DNA of 64,000 nt from Roseibacillus sp. (GTDB lineage: Bacteria > Verrucomicrobiota > Verrucomicrobiia > Verrucomicrobiales > Akkermansiaceae): NCBI GenBank assembly GCA_051251855.1, contig JBPOGI010000004.1, forward strand, positions 32,001-96,000. The letters are read 5' to 3'. The translations under genes and the position numbers were made by a program. A model generated the notes under the pieces. It was not told the DNA's origin. It made no database searches and saw only the letters and a list, made by a program, of their open reading frames with translations. Position 1 is the first letter of the stretch. The number at the start of each line of letters is the position of its first letter. Below, in pieces: positions 1-8,937 of this stretch.

Positions 1-1100
1 TACGCCGCCAACAACAAGCTCGCTCGCTGGCCTACCACACGCGCCCCTTCATCGAGCCCATCGACAATCTCCACCCACTGCTGAGACCGCACACCCAGAG
101 TGACAGCCACCGGACGATAGTCCCCCTCCAACTCCACAAAGAGATAACTTTCTCCCTCAATGGAAACCAGCGCCCCCGCCGGAGCGGCCAACACCTTCTG
201 AGTATCAGGAGAAACCAAGGACGCATTGACCGGAGTCCCCACCAACCATTGCCCCTCTTCGTTAGAAAGCGTCGCATACACCGTCGCGGTGAGAGACTGA
301 CCGCTCGCAATTGGGTTCACCCTCACAATGGTCGCCGAACCACGCCGAGTCTCACCGACCACTGTTTCAAAGTCGATCTTACCACCCACGCGCACCCAAC
401 CCATCGCTTGCAAAGGCACCCGCAGTTCAACCAAAAGCTGCGACAGATCCGCCAACTCGCAGAAGACCTCATTGCCCTCCACCGCGTCACCCGCAGACTT
501 CATTTTCCCAATCACCAGCCCCGTCAAAGGAGCCTTAATCGCCATGTCAGTGAACTCCGGCGTCAAGCCTCCCTCGCGCAGCGCCGTCAACTCCACTGGC
601 GTGCGCACCAGCAAAGCCATTTGCATGGCCGCTGCTTGAGCAGCACGCGCCTCTCGATAGGTTGCAAAAGCATTGAGATAAGCATCCTCCGTGGTCATCT
701 TCTTCGCCTTAAGACCCTTCTCACGCTCATAGAGCACCCGCGCCGTCTCCAACTTTTCTACTGCCTCCAGATAAGCCACCATCACCTCTCCCACCTCGCG
801 ACTCCGCAGCTTACAGAGTTCCTCCCCCGCCACAATACCCTCACCCAACTGCTTGTGGTCACGCACCACTTGCCCCGCAAAAAAGCTACTCACCGCTCGA
901 CGGCGCGTGGGGTCAATCGCGAGTTCACCCGTCACAACCACAGGGTCGCCCACCGCCTTTTCCTGCAAGGGACTTGCCGAAATCCCCAATCGCTGCACCT
1001 CCTCAGGCGTCAACGAGATAGCAGTCAAGGACTCCCCGAACGCCGCTCGAAGCAGGGTCAAGGAGAGAAGAACAAAGGAGAGAGTTTGAGAAATTTTCAT
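1..1100 (-). CDS. czcB: RND efflux periplasmic adaptor subunit (CzcB/HlyD family), 3' end runs off the window
   Basis: Not in the ORF track. Manual translation from ATG at 1100 gives MKISQTLSFVLLSLTLLRAAFGESLTAISLTPEEVQRLGI...IKAPLTGLVIGKMKSAGDAVEGNEVFCELADLSQLLVEL...VEIVDGLDEGARVV, open to base 1. Lipoyl-half, hairpin and membrane-proximal motifs present; directly downstream of a TolC gene. Confidence 0.88.
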   Translation of the reverse strand, partial: MKISQTLSFVLLSLTLLRAAFGESLTAISLTPEEVQRLGISASPLQEKAVGDPVVVTGELAIDPTRRRAVSSFFAGQVVRDHKQLGEGIVAGEELCKLRSREVGEVMVAYLEAVEKLETARVLYEREKGLKAKKMTTEDAYLNAFATYREARAAQAAAMQMALLVRTPVELTALREGGLTPEFTDMAIKAPLTGLVIGKMKSAGDAVEGNEVFCELADLSQLLVELRVPLQAMGWVRVGGKIDFETVVGETRRGSATIVRVNPIASGQSLTATVYATLSNEEGQWLVGTPVNASLVSPDTQKVLAAPAGALVSIEGESYLFVELEGDYRPVAVTLGVRSQQWVEIVDGLDEGARVVGQRASLLLAA

Positions 1101-1123
1101 GGAATAAATGAGGAGTAAAAAAG

Positions 1124-2458
1124 TTAGAGTGATTGATTGGTGAGCGCCTGCACGCGTGCGGCAGCAAGTTGATATTCGAGACGACTTTCCAGCCACCTAC
1201 TACGAACCTCGTAGAATTGTTTTTGAGCGGAGAGATACTCCAAGGCAGTGAACTTGCCTTCGCGAAAACTCCCCTCCGCCGAGCGGAACAGTCGCGTCGC
1301 AGCGGGCAACAGGTCGCGCTCCACCTTGCTGGCCAGTTCTCGAGCCGAAGCCAAGTCCGCCCATGCGAGCGAGAATTCGTTGTCCACCTCTCTGCTCGCC
1401 GCTTTCACCTCCAGCTGCGCTTTTTCAATGAGGGCCCGACTTTCGACCACCTCATCCTGCTTCCTATCAAAGAGCGGCAGCGGCAAGGACACCCCCACAA
1501 GAGCCGAGGAATCATCGTCGGCATTGTTGTAACGCAAGCCACCCGTCAGCGCTATATCGCTATGCTGGTTCGCCCGCGCCAACCCCTCAGCCGCCTGCGC
1601 TTCGGCCACCTTCGCCTCGGCCAGCAACCGCTTGGGATGGCGACCCAACTCACCGCGAAAACCACTCGCCGACGACAGGCTTTCAGCCGGACCGCCCAGA
1701 GCAGCCGCCAAGCGATAGTCCCGCCCCGAGGCATCGCCCCACTGCAAAGCCAGCGCCCGCAAAGCCCGCTTGCGTGCCTGCTCGGCAGTGGCAATTTCGA
1801 GCTCGGTATTCACCAACGAAACCTTGGCCTGCTGGTCCGCCGCCTCCGTGCCACGGCCTTCCGCCACCATCGCCGAAACCAATTCCACCGTCTCACGTTC
1901 GCGCTGCAAGCCCGCCCGCAAAAAGGAAAGCTCCTCCTGCGCCGCCACCGCCTCTAGGTATTGCTCACTGGTCGCCATAATGACCTCCAGCCGCTTGACC
2001 CCATACTCGGCCAACATCACCGAGCGCTCCGCCTGCGCCAAGCCTTGCCGCGCCTGCCGCTTGCCTCCGGTCTCTAGCACTTGCGTGATTTGCGCGTTAA
2101 AGACAGCCGAACGCAGCCCGCGCGTTTCGTCTGTTCCAAAAAAGTCTTCCCCATCGAAGCCTACCTCGGGGTTGGGCATCCGCGTCGCCTTCAACACACG
2201 CGCATCCGAGGCTCGCAAATCCATGGGATAAGTCGCCAGCGAGGGATGATGCTGAATCGCCAGCCCGCAGGCTTCCGCGAGATTCAATTGGCTTGGAGTG
2301 CTCCCCACCGTCAGTTCACGGGAGGAATTTTGCGCATAGGGCAAAGGGATGAGTTCCTTGGCCGAGCCCCCCCACTCCTCCGAAACAGAAGGAGCACAGG
2401 AACCGAGCGCCAGAACCACCAAGGGCAGGCTAAAAGTAAATTGAGATAAAGAGGCCAT
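1124..2458 (-). CDS. czcC: TolC-family outer membrane factor (CzcC-like lipoprotein)
   Basis: Start reassigned to ATG 2458 (MASLSQFTFSLPLVVLALGSC, lipobox). OMF motifs PNPEV, LETGGKRQAR, GVSLPLPLFDR, FREGKFTALEYLSAQ. Confidence 0.9.
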   Translation of the reverse strand: MASLSQFTFSLPLVVLALGSCAPSVSEEWGGSAKELIPLPYAQNSSRELTVGSTPSQLNLAEACGLAIQHHPSLATYPMDLRASDARVLKATRMPNPEVGFDGEDFFGTDETRGLRSAVFNAQITQVLETGGKRQARQGLAQAERSVMLAEYGVKRLEVIMATSEQYLEAVAAQEELSFLRAGLQRERETVELVSAMVAEGRGTEAADQQAKVSLVNTELEIATAEQARKRALRALALQWGDASGRDYRLAAALGGPAESLSSASGFRGELGRHPKRLLAEAKVAEAQAAEGLARANQHSDIALTGGLRYNNADDDSSALVGVSLPLPLFDRKQDEVVESRALIEKAQLEVKAASREVDNEFSLAWADLASARELASKVERDLLPAATRLFRSAEGSFREGKFTALEYLSAQKQFYEVRSRWLESRLEYQLAAARVQALTNQSL

Positions 2459-2571
2459 AAGGTTTGGCGAAAAAAAGAAGTCGAGAAAACGAGGCTCTAC
2501 CCCATCCATTGCGGAGGCAGAACAATCCAGATGCTCAAAGGAGACATCGTGAAGAAACAAAAGGGGCGAAC

Positions 2572-2622
2572 AAAAAAAGCACCCCACCACAAACGACCTT
2601 CTTGTCGTCAGCGAGAGTGCTC
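2572..2622 (-). terminator. Hairpin plus U7 between leader ORF and czcC (candidate attenuator)
   Basis: Minus strand AGCACUCU..GACGAC-AAGAAG-GUCGUU..GGGGUGCU followed by a U-run, about 12 nt after the leader stop. Confidence 0.55.
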
Positions 2623-2633
2623 AGCCCAGTTCT

Positions 2634-3059
2634 TCAAAGTAAGAAAGCGCAATGCGCGAGGTAACTACGCCCTTCGGCGAATCCTACGAGGTGCCAATTG
2701 GGCGGACCTCGGTTAGAAAGTGCACTCAAGGCCACTCCGCTCAAGCTCTGCTCAAGTCCACAATCCGTAGCCGAAACCACCAGAGTCTGCGGTCCATCTT
2801 TTAGCGTGACTTCATCATCACTAGCAAAGGGGTCAGGTTGCGCATCCAGACAGTGGCAATTCGAATCACTCGGCAGGCCGATCGTAACGACAGTAGAATC
2901 ACTGGACGCGCTCTCAGTATGCGAAGCCTTTCCTAGTAAAGCCTCTAACTGGCACTCACAAGTCGGCAAAACCACCCAAGCCGCAAAGACCGCCAAACAA
3001 GCGCTCACGAGCACTCGAAAGAGTGACGAACGGTCAGATGAAGTGGCGGAAGCGAACAT
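2634..3059 (-). CDS. Cys/His-rich exported leader protein with C-terminal RGPP motif (DUF2946/CzcI/CruR-like)
   Basis: N-terminal hydrophobic segment, CEC and CHC motifs, SNRGPP near the C-terminus, YLAHCAFLL tail; first gene of the czc-like unit. Start 3059 (ATG) or 3077. Confidence 0.65.
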   Translation of the reverse strand: MFASATSSDRSSLFRVLVSACLAVFAAWVVLPTCECQLEALLGKASHTESASSDSTVVTIGLPSDSNCHCLDAQPDPFASDDEVTLKDGPQTLVVSATDCGLEQSLSGVALSALSNRGPPNWHLVGFAEGRSYLAHCAFLL

Positions 3060-3227
3060 GTAATCAATAGGTGACAAGAACCAAATCTCATGACTTGGTC
3101 TCTAGGGCAATACGAAATTGCACCCCCCCTCTATCAAAAAAGACGCAGCAATCTCCCTCTAATGCAAATAAGTGATTGTCTTGCCCGTCCGCTTTCCCCA
3201 ACCTCCCGCTCCTTCCCACGAAAAAAA

Positions 3228-3309
3228 GCCGCCGTGGCGGAATGGTAGACGCTGTGGATTTAAAATCCATTGACCTTTGGTCGTGCGGGTTCGAGTCCCG
3301 CCGGCGGTA
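3228..3309 (+). tRNA. tRNA-Leu (anticodon TAA)
   Basis: GCCGCCG/CGGCGGT acceptor stem, D-loop AATGGTAGAC, anticodon arm GTGGA-TTTAAAA-TCCAT, long variable arm, GGGTTCGAGTCCC T-arm; CCA not encoded. Confidence 0.97.
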
Positions 3310-3338
3310 TTTAATCTGCTTCCTGTAGAAGCCATTCG

Positions 3339-4394
3339 ATGAATTTTAATTCTGACAACTGGGCAGGAGCCCACCCCACCATTTCTCAGAACCTTCTGGT
3401 GCACAGCGAAGGGATGGCCGCCGCCTATGGACAAAGCGAACTCGACAAGCAGGTCGAGGCGCTATTCAGCCAAATCTTCGAACACGAAGTGGCGGTCTTT
3501 TTTGTAGGGACTGGAACTGCTGCTAACTCACTGGGAATGGCAGCCGTCAATCGCCCGGGTGGAGTCTGCTTCTGTCACAACGAAGCCCACATGGTGAAGG
3601 ATGAGTGCGGCGCTCCAGAATACTTCACTGGAGGAGCACGGCTCCAAACCATCAGCGGAGCGGCTGGAAAAATCAGTTCCCGTGGCCTCGAGCGAGAACT
3701 CAATCACTTCCGCCCCGACTTCGTTCATGCCGGTCAGCCCATGGCGGTGACCATTACCCAGGCTACCGAAACAGGTTCAGTCTACCAACTTCCTGAGATC
3801 GCAGAACTATCTTCCATTTGTAGGAAGAACGACCTCCCTCTTCACATGGACGGGGCGCGATTTGCCAATGCCCTCGCCTCGCTTGAGGTCTCTCCTGCCG
3901 AGATGACTTGGCGCCAAGGAGTAGATATCCTGTCCTTCGGAGGAACGAAAAATGGCTGCTGGTGCGCTGAAGCCCTCCTCTTCTTCAATCCCAGCCAATC
4001 AGAACAACTCCCCTACATTCGAAAGCGAGCCGCTCAGCTTTTCTCCAAAACCCGCTTTATCGCCGCCCAATTCGAAGCCTACTTCAAGAATGACCTCTGG
4101 CTCAAACTCGCTCGCCATGCCAACGAAATGGCGGCTGAACTTGGCGATATCATATCTCAAAGCGAAGTCCTTCGTCTCGCCTGGCCAGTGGAAGCCAATG
4201 AAGTCTTCGTCATCGCTCCCCACACGGAGATCGCTCGCTGGCAGAAAGCCGGTGCCGGACTCTATGATTGGCCTATCCCAGAGGAATTACAGGAAAGCAT
4301 TGCCCACAACGAACAGTTGGTGCGCCTCGTCACCAACTACCAGACCAGTCGCGAAGAACTCTCCCAATTTCGAGCTCTTGTGACCCAGAGTTAG
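3339..4394 (+). CDS. ltaE: Low-specificity L-threonine aldolase (PLP-dependent)
   Basis: FNSDN, GTGTAANSLG, LHMDGARFANA, SFGGTKNG (PLP lysine), RKRAAQLFSK. Confidence 0.92.
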   Translation: MNFNSDNWAGAHPTISQNLLVHSEGMAAAYGQSELDKQVEALFSQIFEHEVAVFFVGTGTAANSLGMAAVNRPGGVCFCHNEAHMVKDECGAPEYFTGGARLQTISGAAGKISSRGLERELNHFRPDFVHAGQPMAVTITQATETGSVYQLPEIAELSSICRKNDLPLHMDGARFANALASLEVSPAEMTWRQGVDILSFGGTKNGCWCAEALLFFNPSQSEQLPYIRKRAAQLFSKTRFIAAQFEAYFKNDLWLKLARHANEMAAELGDIISQSEVLRLAWPVEANEVFVIAPHTEIARWQKAGAGLYDWPIPEELQESIAHNEQLVRLVTNYQTSREELSQFRALVTQS

Positions 4395-4463
4395 CTCACT
4401 CACCAATCCTTGCTTTCTCGCAAAGTCCCTGCTTAGCTCCGCCTCCCAAAAACAAGCATTCTT

Positions 4464-5852
4464 ATGGCCAACAAAGACCAAACCGATCCCGTCCGCATGG
4501 AAAAAATCGTGTCCCTCTGCAAGCGCAAGGGCTTCATCTTCCAATCTGGCGAACTCTACGGCGGCCTCAATGGATGCTGGGACATGGGTCCCCTCGGTGC
4601 CGAACTCAAGCGTAACGTCAAAGAAATTTGGTGGCGTCGCAACGTGCAGGAGCGCGACGACGTCCTCGGCATGGACGGCTCCATCCTCACTCACCAAGCC
4701 GTTCTCACCGCATCCGGCCACGTGGGCGGATTCTCCGATCCCATGGTCGACTGCAAAACCTGTAAAGGTCGCTATCGTGCCGACAGCCTCGACACTCTCG
4801 AGTGCGGAAAGAAGCCGTCTTGTAATCCAGGCGAAGGCAAAGAGTGCGCTCTCACTGAGCCGCGCTCCTTCGACCTCATGCTCTCCACCAAGCTCGGCGC
4901 CATGGCCGGCGACGATGATCCAAAGGCCATTGCCTACCTCCGCCCCGAGACCGCGCAATCCATCTTCGTGCAATATAAGAACGTGATGGACTCTAACCGA
5001 GTCAAACTCCCCTTCGGTATTGCCCAGATCGGAAAGTCCTTCCGCAACGAGATCAACCCACGCAACTACATCTTCCGCAGCCGTGAGTTTGAGCAAATGG
5101 AAATCGAATTTTTCTGCCACCCTGACGACGGCCTCCGCCTCACTGACGAATGGCTCGAACAACGCCTGCAATGGTATGCCGAAGTCGGCATCCCTCGCGA
5201 GAAGCTGCACGTGCTTGATATCCCCGATGGCGAGCGCGCCCACTACTCCGAGAAAACCTACGACATCGAGTATGAGTTCCCCTTTGGTATCCAAGAACTC
5301 GAAGGGGTTGCCTATCGTGGAGCTTACGACCTCACCAAGCACAATGATGCTTCCGGTAAGTCGCTCGAATACCGCGACGATGAAACAAAAGAAAAGTTCA
5401 TCCCCCACGTCGTGGAACCATCCGCCGGATGCGACCGCACCGTACTCGCTCTTCTTTGCGAGGCCTTCGACGAAGAGGACCTCACCAAAGAAGGCGGCAA
5501 GACCGACATCCGCACCGTGATGCGCTTCTCCCCCAAAGTGGCTCCCGTGAAAGCCGCCGTCTTCCCTCTTCTCAAAAAGAACGGAGAACAAGTCCGTATA
5601 GCCAAAGAAATTCAACTCGAACTTCAAAAGTGGATGAACGTGCAATACGACGATGGCGGAGCCGTTGGTCGTCGTTATCGTCGCCAAGACGAAATTGGAA
5701 CTCCCTTCTGCATCACCGTGGACTTCGAAACCCTCGGCGAAGAAGGCGAAGAGCTTAAAGGCACCGTCACCATCCGCGAGCGTGACTCCATGGAGCAAAC
5801 CCGCCTCCCCATTGACGAAGTGCTCGCTTACTTGTTGAAGCGAATTCGATAG
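4464..5852 (+). CDS. glyS: Glycine--tRNA ligase, alpha2 (homodimeric) type
   Basis: YLRPETAQSIF, IGKSFRNEI, FRSREFEQMEIEFF, IPHVVEPSAG, RRYRRQDEIGTPFCITVDF. Confidence 0.97.
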   Translation: MANKDQTDPVRMEKIVSLCKRKGFIFQSGELYGGLNGCWDMGPLGAELKRNVKEIWWRRNVQERDDVLGMDGSILTHQAVLTASGHVGGFSDPMVDCKTCKGRYRADSLDTLECGKKPSCNPGEGKECALTEPRSFDLMLSTKLGAMAGDDDPKAIAYLRPETAQSIFVQYKNVMDSNRVKLPFGIAQIGKSFRNEINPRNYIFRSREFEQMEIEFFCHPDDGLRLTDEWLEQRLQWYAEVGIPREKLHVLDIPDGERAHYSEKTYDIEYEFPFGIQELEGVAYRGAYDLTKHNDASGKSLEYRDDETKEKFIPHVVEPSAGCDRTVLALLCEAFDEEDLTKEGGKTDIRTVMRFSPKVAPVKAAVFPLLKKNGEQVRIAKEIQLELQKWMNVQYDDGGAVGRRYRRQDEIGTPFCITVDFETLGEEGEELKGTVTIRERDSMEQTRLPIDEVLAYLLKRIR

Positions 5853-5883
5853 CCGACAGCGACCCCACTTTCGATTTTGATAC

Positions 5884-5914
5884 AATGCTAAGGCTCTCAG
5901 CCTTAGCATTTTTT
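5884..5914 (+). terminator. Intrinsic terminator after glyS
   Basis: AATGCTAAGGCT-CTC-AGCCTTAGCATT followed by TTTT. Confidence 0.85.
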
Positions 5915-6065
5915 ATGAGCTCATTCCTAGAGCTCACCTTCACCTCTCATTAAAATATTACAGACACCCATAAAATCGGGACAAAATGACTCATGATCTT
6001 GGTTTATTTTAAATATTTTTAAATAAATTCCTTGGAAGAAGCCGGAAATATGTAAAATTATTTCC

Positions 6066-6164
6066 ATGCTATTTAAGGATAAGTCCAAAATCGGAGCGTC
6101 TGAGATGTTCTTCTTCATCGTCATGACGCTCGTTCTCCTCATCACTCCCTTCTTCATGGGTTGA
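6066..6164 (+). CDS. Putative 32-aa single-pass membrane peptide
   Basis: MLFKDKSKIGASEMFFFIVMTLVLLITPFFMG*, below the track cutoff; C-ending codons in the hydrophobic part; follows an AT-rich promoter-like region. Confidence 0.5.
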   Translation: MLFKDKSKIGASEMFFFIVMTLVLLITPFFMG

Positions 6165-6226
6165 GACAAGCTGTCATGACCGTTCCCCGCTCTGTTACTG
6201 GAACCCTGTCGTGACTAGGCTACCAC

Positions 6227-6862
6227 ATGATTCGTTTCCGCCTCTTCGGCATCCCCATCACTATTCTCCCCTGGTTTTGGATCACCATGCTCTTGATCGG
6301 TTCGATCTTCATCGGTGATATAAAGACTCCGCAAGACTTCTTCGGAGTCTTACTCTTCGTAATAGCCGGATTTTTCTCAATCCTAGTCCACGAGTTAGGC
6401 CACGGTCTAACAATTAGAAAACTAGGAGCTGACACTCAAATTGTTCTGCAAGCCTTCGGAGGATTTGCCACTTACCCCCAAAACAAATTCTCTCGGCCAC
6501 AGGACTTCCTCATCACCGCAGCAGGTCCGCTCGCTCAACTGATTCTCGGAGGAATCGTTCTTATTATTTCGCTCAATATCCCCATCGAGGGCTCATTAGG
6601 TAATGTCTTTCTGAAGGCGCTTTATATGATAAGCTTCGTGTGGGCACTCTTCAACCTAGTGCCAGTCTTCCCTCTTGATGGAGGTCAGCTACTCAATGCT
6701 GTCCTTGGGCCAAAACGAAAAAATATCACCCACATTATTGGAATCATCATCGCAATAGCAGTCGGGATTTTGGGCCTCATGTCTGGCCGGCTTTTCGTCG
6801 CATTTTTTATGGGCTATTTCGCTTATCAAAATTTTCAAATCCTCCGCGGTCCTAAAACCTAG
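6227..6862 (+). CDS. Site-2 protease (peptidase M50)
   Basis: VHELGH zinc motif, AAGP, FNLVPVFPLDGG; multiple TM segments. Confidence 0.92.
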   Translation: MIRFRLFGIPITILPWFWITMLLIGSIFIGDIKTPQDFFGVLLFVIAGFFSILVHELGHGLTIRKLGADTQIVLQAFGGFATYPQNKFSRPQDFLITAAGPLAQLILGGIVLIISLNIPIEGSLGNVFLKALYMISFVWALFNLVPVFPLDGGQLLNAVLGPKRKNITHIIGIIIAIAVGILGLMSGRLFVAFFMGYFAYQNFQILRGPKT

Positions 6863-6895
6863 CTCCAACCGCAAGAACTCAAGGGCTCTATTTGC

Positions 6896-7639
6896 TTAAG
6901 AAAGAAAGAGCAGCTTGGTGCCCGCAAAAATCGCAAACCCAAGAACAATCCGCTCAAACCAAACTTGCGAGACTCGCACCAGCATCCATTTGCCTGCGAT
7001 CACACCCAAGAAAATCACCGGCACCAACTTCAAATTAAAAAGAAGCGAATCCCCCGTCGTCATTCCCAACCCTCCCGTAAAGGGCAGCTTGATCAGATTG
7101 ACCAATAAGAAAAAGCGTACTCCAATCCCCACCAACTCCATCTTGGGAATCTTTCGAGAAATCAGAAAGAGCTGAAACACCGGTCCCGCCGCATTCGCCA
7201 CCATCGTCGCAAATCCTGCTACTACCCCCGCACCCGCACCATAGCTCTTCGACTCCGCAAAGACGCCGAATGATTCCGGCTTCCATTTGCGCACCAACTG
7301 CAGCGCTGCCATCATCAAAATAATGGTTCCTATGAGAGGCTTCGCAAAGTTCTCAGGCATCCAATCCAATAGGAAAAAACCCACCGTCATTCCCACCAGG
7401 GCCGGCCAAAGTAACTTCCACACCGGTGGCCAACTGCCATGCTTGCGATAGGCGGGAAAAACCATCAAGTCTGCCACGATCAACATTGGCAGCAAAATCC
7501 CCACCGAAGCCTTCCCAAACAACTCCGCCATGAGGTAGACCTGAATCACCCCGACCCCGCCGAACCCAGCCTTCGACACCCCCACCGACAGCGCCGCCAA
7601 TATCGCCATCACCCAAGCTGCCGCCGTCAAATCGAACAC
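6896..7639 (-). CDS. Sulfite exporter TauE/SafE family permease
   Basis: VGVSKAGFGG, GILLPMLIVAD, GFATMVANAAGP, FFLLVNLIKLPF; about 8 TM segments. Confidence 0.88.
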   Translation of the reverse strand: MFDLTAAAWVMAILAALSVGVSKAGFGGVGVIQVYLMAELFGKASVGILLPMLIVADLMVFPAYRKHGSWPPVWKLLWPALVGMTVGFFLLDWMPENFAKPLIGTIILMMAALQLVRKWKPESFGVFAESKSYGAGAGVVAGFATMVANAAGPVFQLFLISRKIPKMELVGIGVRFFLLVNLIKLPFTGGLGMTTGDSLLFNLKLVPVIFLGVIAGKWMLVRVSQVWFERIVLGFAIFAGTKLLFLS

Positions 7640-7674
7640 GCCGCTCTTTTAAGGGAGTCGAGAACGGCTGTCGC

Positions 7675-8097
7675 TTACAAAAAGCTGCCAACCACACCCA
7701 TCACGATCGGAAGCATAAAGGCCCCCAGCCAAAAGATAGCTAAAGCCCAAGCCGACGGCCCCGCATCTCCTCCCGTCAATGCATCACACACAAAGACCAA
7801 CAAGTGACTCACCACTACCGCCGTCCCTGCTAGGAAAATCAAGGTGGTATCCAAGCCCGCGATCCCATTGGAAAAATTCAGGCCCAGTGCCATCAACCCC
7901 CAACGAATCCAGCCAAACAAGACCACCATCACCATTGTAAAAAAAGAACCCCAGCCCAGCTGGCGCCCCAAGCGCCGCCCCTTCTCAGTCGACCCCTTCA
8001 AAGAGCCTCCCAACCCGATGCGTGCAATAGGCTTCACCTCCTCGCCTTTCAACGAAGAAGAAGGAGTGGGAATGCGCCATAATTGTCTCACAAGCAT
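7675..8097 (-). CDS. Hypothetical membrane protein (3 TM)
   Basis: Hydrophobic C-terminal segments; likely ATG at 8097. Confidence 0.55.
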   Translation of the reverse strand: MLVRQLWRIPTPSSSLKGEEVKPIARIGLGGSLKGSTEKGRRLGRQLGWGSFFTMVMVVLFGWIRWGLMALGLNFSNGIAGLDTTLIFLAGTAVVVSHLLVFVCDALTGGDAGPSAWALAIFWLGAFMLPIVMGVVGSFL

Positions 8098-8241
8098 GGG
8101 ATAGTTGTAGCGCAACTCCTCTCTGCCGACCGTTACAACCGGACATCCTTTTTCCACCTCTCGAAAAGGAGAACTAAACGGAGTCCAATTGTCTTTCGAA
8201 GCAGGACAACATCCATCGCAGAAAGCAAGGAGCGTCCTCTA

Positions 8242-8784
8242 TCAACCCACCATTTCGAGCAAACTGTCACCCACCTGCTTCAAGTGTGAAGGCTGGTTAA
8301 TCATGGCTGAGAAGGTAATCGCTCCTTCCAAGGCAGAAAAAATCACCGCCGCCATATTCTCGACCTTCTGAGGAGCCCAATCTTCATATTCAGAGCTTAT
8401 CGCTTGCTCTAGCCAATTGAGATTCTCCTGTGAGAAAGACTCGAGAGTCTCGCGAATCGACTCTGGCAAGCGACCAGATTCCGCAGCCAAAATTCCACAC
8501 AAACAAGCTCGCTTATGAATCCTCAATGAAGACTGAAAAGCCTCAATATAACGGCTCACCCCGCCTTTGCTTGCCGTTGGCTCTCCAAGACTCTCCAGGA
8601 AATCGTGGGTATATCTCTGAGCGACAGCCACCCCTAACAGCTCTTTGCTGGGAAAATGGTAGTGGATGCTGGCACTTTTGATCCCCAACTCACTAGCGAT
8701 CTGTCGAAAGCTAAAAGAATGATAACCTCCATCGCGAATCAATCTCTCGGCGCAATCGACGATTTTCTTTGCAGTGGCATTCAT
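8242..8784 (-). CDS. TetR-family transcriptional regulator (NemR/LmrA-like)
   Basis: HTH GYHSFSFRQIASELGIKSASIHYHFPSK; CLCG motif in the ligand domain. Confidence 0.93.
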   Translation of the reverse strand: MNATAKKIVDCAERLIRDGGYHSFSFRQIASELGIKSASIHYHFPSKELLGVAVAQRYTHDFLESLGEPTASKGGVSRYIEAFQSSLRIHKRACLCGILAAESGRLPESIRETLESFSQENLNWLEQAISSEYEDWAPQKVENMAAVIFSALEGAITFSAMINQPSHLKQVGDSLLEMVG

Positions 8785-8816
8785 TCTTTGAGTTCAGGAG
8801 GCCACCCATTAAGAGC

Positions 8817-8902
8817 TGACCTATCACTAGATAGAAAAAATGATTGACGCTGTCAAGAATCATGAGCAACTTGCGCTCATGAAACTACCTACTGATAGGT
8901 AG
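8817..8902. promoter_or_regulatory. Two 18-bp palindromic operator sites between tetR and the SDR gene
   Basis: CTACCTA-ctga-TAGGTAG at 8885-8902. The reverse complement of 8817-8834 (CTATCTAGTGATAGGTCA) matches it at 14/18. TTGAC-gct-GTCAA at 8844-8856 may be back-to-back -35 elements. Confidence 0.7.
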
Positions 8903-8937
8903 CCTATCGAGCGAAAACACCAATCTAAAATAGAAAT

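Noticed and set aside
249..1118. 289-aa plus-strand ORF (and 1133-1957)
   Set aside because: Antisense shadows of czcB/czcC; Arg/His-rich with no motifs.
3228..3309. tRNA as integration site of a genomic island
   Set aside because: No duplicated tRNA 3' end or integrase seen in the window.
4287..5909. 540-aa minus-strand ORF
   Set aside because: Antisense to glyS; a consequence of C-ending codon bias. The same applies to 9952-11208, 34298-35170, 38757-39896, 43057-44199 and 47130-48425.
6066..6164. Small peptide as a Flp/Tad pilin
   Set aside because: After the Gly, Glu is at +3 rather than +5, the Tyr is missing, and no tad genes are present.
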